Assembly: GCA_044868555.1 (NCBI GenBank)
Contig: JBIOWO010000253.1
Span: 2,009-66,008, forward strand
Direction: 5' to 3'
Origin: Lacipirellulaceae bacterium
GTDB taxonomy: Bacteria; Planctomycetota; Planctomycetia; Pirellulales; Lacipirellulaceae
DNA: 64,000 bases
Shown here: piece by piece, positions 1 to 8,781 of the stretch
Layout: the number at the start of each line of letters is the position of its first letter
Position numbering within the stretch: position 1 is the first letter of the stretch
Made by a program: the position numbers and the translations under genes
The notes under the pieces: model-generated
What the model was told of the DNA's origin: nothing
Databases searched by the model: none
The model's input: only the letters and a program-made list of their open reading frames with translations

Positions 1-134
1 GCCTGCGGATCATGCGCCATCGCGCGAGCCTGATCGATGCCGCGTTTAGCCTCGGCTCGCGCGGCGGCGGTGGGACCGTGGTCGGGTGCAGTTTGACCGC
101 CGCTCCGTCGCCGAGGAACCCCATTACCCAGTAG
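1..134 (+). CDS. sensor histidine kinase, C-terminal fragment (5' end outside window)
   Basis: The frame ending at TAG 132-134 reads LRIMRHRASLIDAAFSLGSRGGGGTVVGCSL. This resembles the C-terminal ATP-lid end of NarX/DesK-type HATPase domains. It directly precedes a NarL-type response regulator. Confidence 0.6.
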   Translation, partial: LRIMRHRASLIDAAFSLGSRGGGGTVVGCSLTAAPSPRNPITQ

Positions 135-144
135 GACGCCCGGC

Positions 145-912
145 ATGGCGCGCGACATCGTCCCCGCAAAACAGAACATCGCGAGGCGCAAGCGGCACGC
201 TCCGCAGCGCCCCACCCGCATCGTCATCGTCGACGATCACGAATTGATGCGCTACGGCCTGCGGCTGATGATCGGCAACGAGCCGGAAATGAAAGTCTGT
301 GGCGAGGCCGCCGACGAGCAGGGCGCGATCGCCGAGGTCCGCCGCCACCATCCCGACGTCGTCGTCCTCGATCTCACGCTGAAAAAAGGCGACGGCATCG
401 CGCTCATCAAGCGGATCAAGGCCGTCGATCCCGCCGTCCGTATCGTCGTCTCCACCATGCACGATGAAAAAATCTACGGCGAACGGACGTTACGGGCCGG
501 TGCCGCGGGGTACGTGAACAAGCAGAGCCCCGCCGGCACGATCCTGCAGGCGATTCGTCATGTGCTCGACGGAAAGCTGTGGTTTAGCGACGAACTAACA
601 CAACTTGTCCTCCGACGCGCTTCCGATGCGGAAAGTTCGCACCCCGCGTCGCCCCTCGAAGCTTTGTCCGACCGGGAATTGGAAGTCTTTCGCTTGATCG
701 GGCAAGGACTGGCCACCGCCGACATCGCCGAGCGATTGCACGTCAGTCCTCGTACTGTCGATACCTATCGCGAGCGCCTCAAACGCAAGCTCCACATAAA
801 GTCCAGTGTCGAATTGCACTTTCAAGCCGTCCACTCGGCCCTCGAGCCGACCGCTGCCATCACGACGGGCGGGCCGTCGTCCAAGAGAAAGCGCCGGGGA
901 AAATCCGGCTAG
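145..912 (+). CDS. two-component response regulator, NarL/FixJ family (REC + LuxR-type HTH)
   Basis: REC motifs are present (IVIVDDHELMR, VVVLDLTLKKGDG, VVSTMHDE). C-terminal LuxR HTH: LSDRELEVFRLIGQGLATADIAERLHVSPRTVDTYRERLKRKL. Confidence 0.93.
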   Translation: MARDIVPAKQNIARRKRHAPQRPTRIVIVDDHELMRYGLRLMIGNEPEMKVCGEAADEQGAIAEVRRHHPDVVVLDLTLKKGDGIALIKRIKAVDPAVRIVVSTMHDEKIYGERTLRAGAAGYVNKQSPAGTILQAIRHVLDGKLWFSDELTQLVLRRASDAESSHPASPLEALSDRELEVFRLIGQGLATADIAERLHVSPRTVDTYRERLKRKLHIKSSVELHFQAVHSALEPTAAITTGGPSSKRKRRGKSG

Positions 913-953
913 CGGGAATCGTGCTTCGTCCTGATGCCGGTCTGCCACTGCCG

Positions 954-1014
954 TAGGTCAGGCTTTCGAGCCCGACGTCTCTGTGTTGCTTGTCAGGCTC
1001 AAAACCTGACCTAC
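954..1014. repeat. palindromic intergenic repeat (gtaggtcagg ... cctgacctac)
   Basis: 10-bp terminal inverted match (954-963 / 1005-1014). There is also an inner hairpin gtcagg-ctcaaaa-cctgac. Confidence 0.7.
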
Positions 1015-1024
1015 TTAGGAACGA

Positions 1025-1303
1025 CTCAAGAATAACTTCGGTGATTGTTTTCTCGAACCGATTTCGACCAGGATGCCGTTTGGCCGCAGGCCATCATTCA
1101 CCGTAGCCTGGGGCACCGCCCCAGGATTTGACGCCCACGTCGTGTTTGGCCGAAAGCCATATTCAACCCGAATTCATTGGACGGTCGAGCCGGATGAATA
1201 TGGCCGTTGGCCAAAAACCTCGGTACGCATCGCGTCTCTGTGGCGTTACCACAGGCTACGGTGAAGCAGGCCTTCGGCCAAAAATGCCGAAGTTATTCTT
1301 GAG
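1025..1303. mobile_element. MITE-like non-coding element with perfect 17-bp terminal inverted repeats
   Basis: ctcaagaataacttcgg at 1025-1041 recurs as its exact reverse complement at 1287-1303. An internal 10-bp inverted repeat is present (gccatattca 1156-1165 / tgaatatggc 1195-1204). There is no credible ORF. Confidence 0.5.
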
Positions 1304-1345
1304 CATGTCCTTAGCTGGCGGCGTACGGGAATTGAAACACTCTTT

Positions 1346-1428
1346 GGGTGGCACGCCCTGAGCCTAGGCCAAAGGGCCTGGCCCAGCCCGCTAGTACATT
1401 TGCCACGCCCTTTCAGGGCGTGCCACCC
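1346..1428. repeat. 16-bp perfect inverted repeat (gggtggcacgccctga / tcagggcgtgccaccc)
   Basis: The arms at 1346-1361 and 1413-1428 are exact reverse complements. They lie in an approximately 860-bp non-coding gap. Confidence 0.8.
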
Positions 1429-1773
1429 TGAATTCCCGGACACCCTCACTTAGCTCGGGAACCACGGCCCCCTCCTGGGCCGCTTGTGGTGGAATTTCGT
1501 ACAGAATAGGTGTTGCTCCCGGCAGCGCCCCGTCGATACGGGAGAATGCCGCGAGATTTGCGACCGTGAGTGCCGGGCTAATTACGAAACCAAGGGCGTC
1601 GTCGCAATTCTGTTTACGTTGGGGCAGGTTGCGGCGGCGTTCCTTTTTACCTCGCCACGAGCGGATGACGGTCAGGCTTCGACAGGCCACGACCGTGTCG
1701 GTCGTGCATTGGTCGATCACTGGAACGCCGTCAGTAGAATCCGGACTCGGACATACCAGGGGCCAAGTCTCTC

Positions 1774-2382
1774 TTATCTCGCGGCGGCGTAGCGTTCGCC
1801 GACTGCTTTCCAGTCGACGACATTCCACCAGGCCCCGATGTAATCGGGCCGGCGGTTCTGGTAGTTGAGATAGTAGGCGTGTTCCCACACGTCGAGGCCC
1901 AGGATGGGCGTCTTGCCGATCATGTAGGGGTTGTCCTGGTTCGGCGTGCTTTCGACGGAGAGCTTGCCCGACTTGTCGACGCTCAGCCAGGCCCAGCCGC
2001 TGCCGAAGCGGGTCGTGGCTGCCTTGGTGAATTCCTCCTTGAACTTGTCGAAGCCGCCGAGCTCCTTGTCGATCGCCGCGGCCAGATCGCCGGTCGGCTT
2101 GCCGCCGCCCTTGCCGCTCATGATCAGCCAGAACAGCGAGTGGTTCGCGTGCCCGCCGCCGTTGTTGCGGACGGCGGTGCGGATCGCCTCCGGCACTTTT
2201 TCAATGTTGCGGCACAGGTCTTCGATGCTCTGTTCGGGCAGGCCCTTGCCCTCGAGCGCCGCATTGACGTTGTTCACGTAGGCGGCGTGATGTTTGTCGT
2301 GATGGATCTCCATCGTCTTGGCGTCGATGTGAGGCTCCAAGGAATTTGCCGGATAGGGCAGGGGGGGCAATGTATAGGCCAT
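1774..2382 (-). CDS. sodA: superoxide dismutase, Mn-type
   Basis: Full-length match to Fe/Mn SOD ([31 protein letters not shown]). [11 protein letters not shown] and YQNRRPDY favour the Mn subtype. Confidence 0.95.
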   Translation of the reverse strand: MAYTLPPLPYPANSLEPHIDAKTMEIHHDKHHAAYVNNVNAALEGKGLPEQSIEDLCRNIEKVPEAIRTAVRNNGGGHANHSLFWLIMSGKGGGKPTGDLAAAIDKELGGFDKFKEEFTKAATTRFGSGWAWLSVDKSGKLSVESTPNQDNPYMIGKTPILGLDVWEHAYYLNYQNRRPDYIGAWWNVVDWKAVGERYAAAR

Positions 2383-2507
2383 GGTTCGCTTCTCCTCTCG
2401 AAAATCTTGGTGAGCGCAGAAATCTCCCTCGGCTCAACCTGCAAGATACCGCCGCCGCGGGCGTTTGACAATCGGCCTGAAGAGGTGGCCGAGGCGGGAG
2501 CACATAG

Positions 2508-2656
2508 CCGACCCATCTTGGGTCGGAGCGTTGCGCAACGCGAGCCGCGGGAAAATGGAAACTGGCGCCGGCCTGAAACCGGCCAAGATGGCCGGGCAAC
2601 GTTCTCCGGCCAGGATGACCGGGCAACGTTCTTCGGCCAGGATGGCCGGGCTATAT
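2508..2656. repeat. composite repeat: hairpin ccgacccatcttgggtcgg plus three tandem approx 27-nt units built on ccggccaggatggccggg
   Basis: The hairpin is at 2508-2526 and the tandem units at 2579-2656. The same pair of families co-occurs at 12011-12126 and 22246-22334. Confidence 0.85.
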
Positions 2657-2666
2657 CTACTACTGA

Positions 2667-2957
2667 TTAGTCGACAAGTGTCGTGACTTCGATGTCGCGC
2701 AACAGCCTGGCCAGTTGCTCGCGCTGGCGGTCGAGCGCTTCGAGCTGTTCGGCGAGCTGCGTCACCACGGCGAGATTCCTTGGCCGCCGCTCGTCGCGCG
2801 ACATTCCAGCGAACGCCTCGTCCAGCGCGTCGGTCGCGGGGATTGAACCTGCCGCGGCGGGCTGTTGGGTAGCCAAAATGGTCCGTAGCATCCGCTTTGC
2901 GCCGCGCCGCCGCACCGCTTTGCTCGCCAGGCCGATTTCAATCGGATCGTGTCTCAT
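2667..2957 (-). CDS. hypothetical protein (C-terminal coiled-coil-like segment)
   Basis: 96-aa ORF lying 62 nt downstream of, and co-oriented with, the HD/PAS/GGDEF gene. No recognisable domain. Confidence 0.4.
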   Translation of the reverse strand: MRHDPIEIGLASKAVRRRGAKRMLRTILATQQPAAAGSIPATDALDEAFAGMSRDERRPRNLAVVTQLAEQLEALDRQREQLARLLRDIEVTTLVD

Positions 2958-3019
2958 ACTTCATGCTCGAAATAGGGAGATGCGTTGCGATGTTTTCGAC
3001 CGACATCGATCAAATGTCG

Positions 3020-5386
3020 TTACTCCTGCGCCGCCGCCGCGGCCGCGCTGGCCGGCTCCGGCGTCGCCGGCCGGCCGTCGTCCTCGCGGGCCATCAGGTA
3101 CGACTTCAAGCTGCCCAGCAGCCGCCGCGCCTTTTCCACGGTGGCGTCGCGTCGCCGGTCGCGATCACGCCGCGGCCGAATCAACACTTCGATCCGCGTC
3201 TCAACGTACGAGCCCGCGGCGAAGCCCTGCGTGTTCGCACGGGCCTGATGACTCTGCGAGAGCTTCAAGTGGATCAGGAACGACATCGACCGATCGCCCG
3301 CCCGGCGATGCGTGGTCGAGTGGCTGTCGTTCACAACCATCTCCAGCTCGTTCTCGTTGGTTTTGAGGATCTTGGCCTCCTGATCGGCGATGAAGCCGCG
3401 TAGTTTCTGCACGGCCACCTCGATCGGAACCATCGTCACCAGGGTCGTCTCGACGAGGGCGCTGCCGCCCCAGCCTTGGAACGGCCACCATCCGCGCTTC
3501 ACTTTTTCTTCCATCATTCCGTCCCCCAATTGGACCACCTGGTTTCGGCCTTGGTCTTTCGCTTGCAAGAGGGCCCGATCCGCACGTCGCAACATGGTTT
3601 CCGGCGTGTCGCCGGCTTGCAGCTCCGTCACGCCGAAACTGGCCGTGATCGACTTGCCGTTCAGGCACGAATGTTTGACCTCGGACATCGCCTTGCGGAT
3701 GGCTTCCGCCTTGCGGGCCCCGGCGGCGTTCGTGCAATCGGCACACAACACCGCGAATTCCTCGCCGCCATAACGGGCCACCAGGTCGCCCGACCGGCAC
3801 ATCGACTTGAGGAGCGACGCAAACGTGATGATCGCCTCGTCGCCCGCCTGGTGCCCGAACGTGTCGTTGATCGCCTTGAAGTGATCGATATCGGACATGA
3901 TCAGGCTGCACGGCAGATTCGATTCCTGGTGGGCGGCGACGAAATTGTTCAGCATCCGATCGAATTCGGCCCGATTCGCCACCTGGGTCATCGGGTCCTT
4001 CGCTACCTGTGCGTGGAGCGCCTGGCATTTTTCCTCGAGCGACGTCTCCGACGACACGTCGTGCAGCAGCACGGTGGCGCCGTGGATCGCGCCGTCCTGG
4101 CCGCGGACAGGAATCGCGTGCAGGTCGACCGCCACGAACCGCCCCTGCCGCCCCATGATGCTCACTCGCCCGAGCCATTGCACGCCGCTGGTGATCGCGT
4201 GCGCCACGGGGCAGTCGTCGTTGGCGATCCGCTGCTCCTTCGCGTTGCACATATCCATCAGGCTGGGGATGAACGTCCGGCCGGTGGCGGCGCTGCCGCT
4301 GACGCCCGTGAGCCGCTCCATCCCCGTGTTCCACAGCACGATTGTCGCCTGGCTGTCGACGAACACCACGCCGTCGTGCATGTTGTCGATCAGCTTCTTC
4401 TCGAACAGAGCGACGGTCGATTCGCGGACGGGTTCCTCCCGCTCGTATTCGACGATCGCCGTCCACGGCAGTGGGCTGCCGGTCTTTGGCAGCCGGCGCA
4501 GCCAGCGATGGGCCAGCTTCTGCGTCAGCACGTTCTGGTCCTGCTCGAACAGGGCCTCGAACTGCCGCACCAACTCGGGGTCGAACTGGCTGCCGGCGAA
4601 TTCGTACAGCTCCGCCAGGGCTCGCTCGCGGGAACGGGCCGGCCGGTAAACGTGATCTGTCGTCATCGAATCGAACGCGTCGACGATCGCCAGCATCCGC
4701 GCCGCTAGCGGTATATCCTCGCCGGATCGCGCCTGCTTCTCGTCCCGGCAGGCGTACCACGACCGGCTGTGCTCGACGATCTCGAGCACCGTTGGCGGCA
4801 CGCCGCAGCTCCGCAGGATGTCGATCGTCAGTGTCGCGTGGCGCGACATGTGCGCGATTTCTTCCGGCAGAAGCCGGCCCGGCTTGAGCAGCACTTTGTC
4901 CGGCACGCCGATCTTGCCCACGTCGTGCAGCAGGGCTGCCACTTCGAGCGCGTCGCGCACGTCGTCGTCCAGGTCCATCGCCGTTGCCCACGAGCTGCAA
5001 CCGAGCGCCACGCGCAGGCAGTGCGATGCAGTGGGTGGATGTTTGGCCCGCAGGGCTGCGTGCAGGCCGCTGGCAATTCCCAGCCGGGCATGAACCAGCT
5101 TGCTTTCGTGGGCCACCGCCCGCGCCTGCGCGGCCGATTGCCCGCTCTCCACCGCCGCTTCATCCAAGGAATTGAGCAGCGAAGAGATCTCCGCCTGCGG
5201 GCGCGCGGTTTGGTTGGGGACCAGAACTGGCACCGGCGAATACCCGGCGTCCGGGATCGCAACGGCGAGCGTAGAATCAATGTGGGCCATGGCTGCTGCA
5301 GGGGAACGAGGTAGCGAATCATCCATGCGCGGCGTGAGTTCCTCGACCAACAGCCCGCTTGGATTGGCCGCAGAGTCGGCGCGCAA
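3020..5386 (-). CDS. multidomain c-di-GMP signalling protein: HD domain (degenerate GYP) + PAS + GGDEF + unknown C-terminal domain
   Basis: HD motif LLHDVGKIGVPD, but HSRSWYACRDEK stands where HHExxDGxGYP is expected. PAS segment: DGVVFVDSQATIVLWNTGMERLTG. GGDEF with an intact RYGGEEF and an RSGD I-site 5 residues upstream. The last approx 170 aa are unassigned. The true start may be internal. Confidence 0.9.
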   Translation of the reverse strand: MRADSAANPSGLLVEELTPRMDDSLPRSPAAAMAHIDSTLAVAIPDAGYSPVPVLVPNQTARPQAEISSLLNSLDEAAVESGQSAAQARAVAHESKLVHARLGIASGLHAALRAKHPPTASHCLRVALGCSSWATAMDLDDDVRDALEVAALLHDVGKIGVPDKVLLKPGRLLPEEIAHMSRHATLTIDILRSCGVPPTVLEIVEHSRSWYACRDEKQARSGEDIPLAARMLAIVDAFDSMTTDHVYRPARSRERALAELYEFAGSQFDPELVRQFEALFEQDQNVLTQKLAHRWLRRLPKTGSPLPWTAIVEYEREEPVRESTVALFEKKLIDNMHDGVVFVDSQATIVLWNTGMERLTGVSGSAATGRTFIPSLMDMCNAKEQRIANDDCPVAHAITSGVQWLGRVSIMGRQGRFVAVDLHAIPVRGQDGAIHGATVLLHDVSSETSLEEKCQALHAQVAKDPMTQVANRAEFDRMLNNFVAAHQESNLPCSLIMSDIDHFKAINDTFGHQAGDEAIITFASLLKSMCRSGDLVARYGGEEFAVLCADCTNAAGARKAEAIRKAMSEVKHSCLNGKSITASFGVTELQAGDTPETMLRRADRALLQAKDQGRNQVVQLGDGMMEEKVKRGWWPFQGWGGSALVETTLVTMVPIEVAVQKLRGFIADQEAKILKTNENELEMVVNDSHSTTHRRAGDRSMSFLIHLKLSQSHQARANTQGFAAGSYVETRIEVLIRPRRDRDRRRDATVEKARRLLGSLKSYLMAREDDGRPATPEPASAAAAAAQE

Positions 5387-5705
5387 ACTTTCGGCAATGC
5401 CTATGAAAAACTAGGTCACTTTCCCCCTGCTGGCAAAGCTCGCGGCCGGCGAGGTCGCCGCGGCGACCGGGAGTTTCTGCGAGTAGCGGCCCGGAGGTCT
5501 GTTCCTCTCCACCCCGTCAGAATTGCGCTCGACGGACACCCTCTCACTCGCTAATCATCCGGCCAACTCTGCCCAATCCTCACAAACGGTCCCTGTCTTG
5601 CGCCGCGTCAGTTGCCAGCATCGGAATGCCGAATCTGATTATGCGCCCCGTGCGGAATGTATTACTTGGCGCTAACTTTCTTCCCGTGCAGCCCCCGGAC
5701 GCACC

Positions 5706-6866
5706 ATGTTGAGTTTCCCAGGCCGCAATGGCCGGCGTCGCCGCGTGTTGAATGAAGAGGTCCTGTCCGCCTCGAGCTCTCATGTTGCGCTTCGCGCCAT
5801 GGCCGATGCGCGCGAGGCATCGACCGGCGCTCCCCGCTACAGCGACGCGGCCGGCGTCGAGAATCATCCACAAGTCACCGACTTCGTGCCCCGCCGCTAC
5901 CGCACCGTCGCGCTCCTGGTGCTGGCCGGCGTTTTGACCACGGCGGCACTCGGCGGACTCCACTACTTTGCCGTGCCCATCGCTACCGCCGGCGGCTTGA
6001 CGCACATCGGTCTGTTTGCGATGTCCGCGCCCGGCAGCCTGGCCAGTTGGATCGCCGCCGTCGTCCTGTTGGTCGCCGCCGTCAAGTGTTTGTTGGTCTA
6101 CTCCATCCGTCGCCACCGCATCGACGACTACCGTGGCCGTTACCGCATCTGGCTGGCCGCCGCCCTGGCTTGCTTGCTGCTGAGCGCCGACAGCGTGACC
6201 GGCCTGCACGAGGCATTGGCCCAATCGCTGAGCCACCACACCGGCTGGGCCGCGCTGCGAGCCGGTGCCGTCTGGTGGCTGGTCATCGCCGGTTTGCCGC
6301 TCACGTGGATCGCCGTCCGCATGCTGCTGGACGTCAAAGAGTGTCGCGTGGCCGCTGCCTTGCTCGTGGGTGTGGTCGCCTGTTTCCTCTCCGCCGGGGC
6401 CAGCTTCCTCGGCCTGATCCCGGCCGCCGACGCGCGATTGGAATCCCTCACCACCGGCGCCGCCATGTTGCTGGCCGACTGGTTGCTGCTCGCCGCCGTC
6501 GTATCCTACGCCCGCTTCGTCGTGCTCGACGCCCAGGGGCTCGTCCCCGTCGTGCACATGCGCCGCGCGTCCAAACCGAGCGAGTCGCGCAAGACGGCGG
6601 CCGCTCGCACCACCGAACCCTCGCCCCCACCGACCAAACTAGCCACATCCATCTTCGCGGCTGCTGGTCGGCCACAGCCGAAGCCGTCGTCAGCAGCCCC
6701 GCCCGCCAAATCGCCCGCGTCGTCGGCGCAGTGGGTCGACGGCAGCCGTGCCGAACGGGAACGCTACGACGACGATTCCGACGAAGACTCGGAGGACGAT
6801 AGCAAACTGAGCAAGTCAGAGCGCAAGCGACTCCGCAAGCTAAAAGCCCGCAACCGCGCGGCGTGA
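5706..6866 (+). CDS. hypothetical polytopic membrane protein with acidic/basic C-terminal tail
   Basis: Multiple hydrophobic helices are present. The tail reads DDDSDEDSEDDSKLSKSERKRLRKLKARNRAA. The start is uncertain. Confidence 0.6.
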   Translation: MLSFPGRNGRRRRVLNEEVLSASSSHVALRAMADAREASTGAPRYSDAAGVENHPQVTDFVPRRYRTVALLVLAGVLTTAALGGLHYFAVPIATAGGLTHIGLFAMSAPGSLASWIAAVVLLVAAVKCLLVYSIRRHRIDDYRGRYRIWLAAALACLLLSADSVTGLHEALAQSLSHHTGWAALRAGAVWWLVIAGLPLTWIAVRMLLDVKECRVAAALLVGVVACFLSAGASFLGLIPAADARLESLTTGAAMLLADWLLLAAVVSYARFVVLDAQGLVPVVHMRRASKPSESRKTAAARTTEPSPPPTKLATSIFAAAGRPQPKPSSAAPPAKSPASSAQWVDGSRAERERYDDDSDEDSEDDSKLSKSERKRLRKLKARNRAA

Positions 6867-6867
6867 A

Positions 6868-6965
6868 ATATAGCCGGCCATCTTGGCCGTTCACGCAGAC
6901 AGCCCGGCCATCCTGGCCGGCGCCCCGGGGTCGGGCTTCGGCCGTGAGCTCAGCCGAACGGAGTC
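6868..6965. repeat. two inverted-orientation ccggccatc(c/t)tggccgg units plus gggtcgggcttcggccgtgagctcagccgaacgga repeat
   Basis: The units are at 6874-6889, 6903-6920 and 6927-6965. They begin immediately after the stop codon at 6864-6866. Confidence 0.8.
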
Positions 6966-7050
6966 TGTTGCGGCTGTCCGACGTGGCCTATGATGAAGGC
7001 CCCCAGTCGCAAAAGAGTCCCGACCCCTTCGCGTTGCCCGCCGCGCCGCC

Positions 7051-8622
7051 ATGCCCCCACGCACCCGCTTCGCCCCCAGCCCGACCGGCTACCTGCACAT
7101 CGGCGGCGTGCGGACCGCGCTCTTTAACTGGCTGTTTGCGAAAGGGCAGGGCGGCCAGTTCATCCTCCGCATCGACGACACGGATGCCCAGCGCAACGTC
7201 GACGAGGCGCTTGCGCCGATCCTGCACGGATTGAAATGGATGGGACTCGATTGGGACGAAGGCCCGGACGTCGGCGGGCCACATGCGCCGTACTACCAAT
7301 CGCAGCGGCTCGACAAATACCAGGCCGCGGTCAAGCAACTGCTCGAAGTCGGCGCCGCGTACCGCGATTTCGCCACCACCGAAGAATTGCAGGCCGAGCG
7401 GGCCGCCGCAGAAGCAGAAAAGCGTGCGTTCGTCTACAGCCGTCGCTGGCGGGCCGAAACCGAGGCTGACGCCCGCCGCTTCGAAGCCGAAGGCCGCCAA
7501 GGCGTCGTCCGTCTTCTGATGCCGCGCGAAGGCCAGTTCCTCCTCAACGATATCATTCGCGGCGAAGTCCGCGTCGAGTGGGCGAGCGAGCAGGACCACG
7601 TCATCCAGCGAGCCGACGGCACCTGCCTCTATCATCTGGCCACCGTCGTCGACGACCACGACTTCGAGATCACGCACGTGATCCGCGCCGAGGAGCATCT
7701 TTCGAACACACCCCGCCAGGTATTCATGTTCGAGCGCCTCGGCTACACGCTGCCGCAATTCGCCCACTTGCCCTACGTCACCGAGCCCGGCAGCAAGACC
7801 AAGCTCAGCAAGCGCAAGCTCGACAAGTATCTCAAGAACAAAGAGTTCGCCGCGCTGATGGAGCACGGCCAATCGATCGCCCGCCGCATGGGCCTGGCGG
7901 TCGCGGCCGACACGTTCAATCCGGTGATCGTCGACTTCTACGAGCAAGTCGGCTACCTGCCCGACGCGCTCTTGAACTACCTGCTTCTGCTGGGCTGGTC
8001 GCTCGACGATAAGTCCGAGGAATTCACGCGCGATGACATGCTCCGCCAGTTCACGCTGAAGCGCGTCAACAAAGCGCCGGCCAGCTTCGACCCGGAGAAG
8101 CTGCTCGCGTTCGAGTCCCGCGCGATGCAAAAGCTGCCAATGAAGCAGCGCGTGGCCAAGGTCGTGCCATTCCTGGAGAAAGCGGGTTGGATCACTGATC
8201 CGCCGCCGTGCGACACAGCCCCTTACGTCACGCAGCTCCTCGACGCGGCCGGCGACCGCGTGAAGGTCGCCGGCGACATCCTCGACTACGACGACTTCTT
8301 CGTCGCCGACGATCGACTGCAATACGACGAGGCAACGCTGGACAAGCGACTTCGCAAGTCGGCCGGAGCAGTCGAGCTCCTCATTCGGTTCCGCGACGAG
8401 CTGAATACCACGGAACCATTCACCGCCGATGCACTGGAAAAAATGATCCATGCCTTTGTGGCCGCGAACGGGATCAAAATTGGCGACATTGTCCACACCG
8501 TTCGCGTCGCGGTGACCGGCAGGCCGGTCGGCTTCGGCCTGTTCGACACGCTCGCCATCCTCGGCCGCGACCGCTGCCTGGCCCGCATCAGCCGGGCACT
8601 CCATCTCGCTGCAAATCCGTAG
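7051..8622 (+). CDS. gltX: glutamate--tRNA ligase
   Basis: HIGH region [19 protein letters not shown] and KMSKS-type KLSKRK. The match is full length. Confidence 0.96.
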   Translation: MPPRTRFAPSPTGYLHIGGVRTALFNWLFAKGQGGQFILRIDDTDAQRNVDEALAPILHGLKWMGLDWDEGPDVGGPHAPYYQSQRLDKYQAAVKQLLEVGAAYRDFATTEELQAERAAAEAEKRAFVYSRRWRAETEADARRFEAEGRQGVVRLLMPREGQFLLNDIIRGEVRVEWASEQDHVIQRADGTCLYHLATVVDDHDFEITHVIRAEEHLSNTPRQVFMFERLGYTLPQFAHLPYVTEPGSKTKLSKRKLDKYLKNKEFAALMEHGQSIARRMGLAVAADTFNPVIVDFYEQVGYLPDALLNYLLLLGWSLDDKSEEFTRDDMLRQFTLKRVNKAPASFDPEKLLAFESRAMQKLPMKQRVAKVVPFLEKAGWITDPPPCDTAPYVTQLLDAAGDRVKVAGDILDYDDFFVADDRLQYDEATLDKRLRKSAGAVELLIRFRDELNTTEPFTADALEKMIHAFVAANGIKIGDIVHTVRVAVTGRPVGFGLFDTLAILGRDRCLARISRALHLAANP

Positions 8623-8645
8623 GGTGGGTCGAGTTCCGCGTGGCA
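8618..8645. repeat. half copy of the ggtgggtcgag...cgagacccacc repeat family; contains the gltX stop codon
   Basis: The 16-mer cgtagggtgggtcgag at 8618-8633 is identical to 24246-24261 at the end of trpE. Confidence 0.8.
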
Positions 8646-8781
8646 GGTTCTTCCGGCCCCAAAATCTGCACGTCACCCGCTGGCATACACCCCCCGACGT
8701 GGGGTAAATTGTCGAATCGGACAGCCAGAGGCATTGTGATATTGTTGGAATTTCCTCGCTCCTCGCTCCCTGCTCCTCGCC

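Noticed and set aside
1391-1888. 165-aa minus-strand ORF and neighbouring 60-100-aa ORFs in 1073-1888
   Set aside because: They overlap repeat elements and the 3' end of sodA. They show no coding periodicity or motifs, so I treated the region as non-coding.
2579-2656. Possible CRISPR array (tandem 27-30-nt units here, at 12067-12126 and at 38762-38859)
   Set aside because: There are only 2-3 directly abutting units with no unique spacers, and no cas genes are in the window. They belong to dispersed palindromic repeat families.
3201-5000. 599-aa minus-strand ORF (and the 410-aa plus-strand ORF at 3476-4708) overlapping the HD/PAS/GGDEF gene
   Set aside because: They have the Arg/Pro/Gly/Ala-rich composition typical of alternate-frame shadow ORFs in high-GC DNA and carry no domain motifs. 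The 788-aa frame carries clear HD, PAS and GGDEF signatures.
5580-6557. 325-aa minus-strand ORF opposite the membrane protein gene at 5706-6866
   Set aside because: It is a Gly/Asp/Gln-rich shadow ORF. The plus-strand frame gives coherent TM helices.
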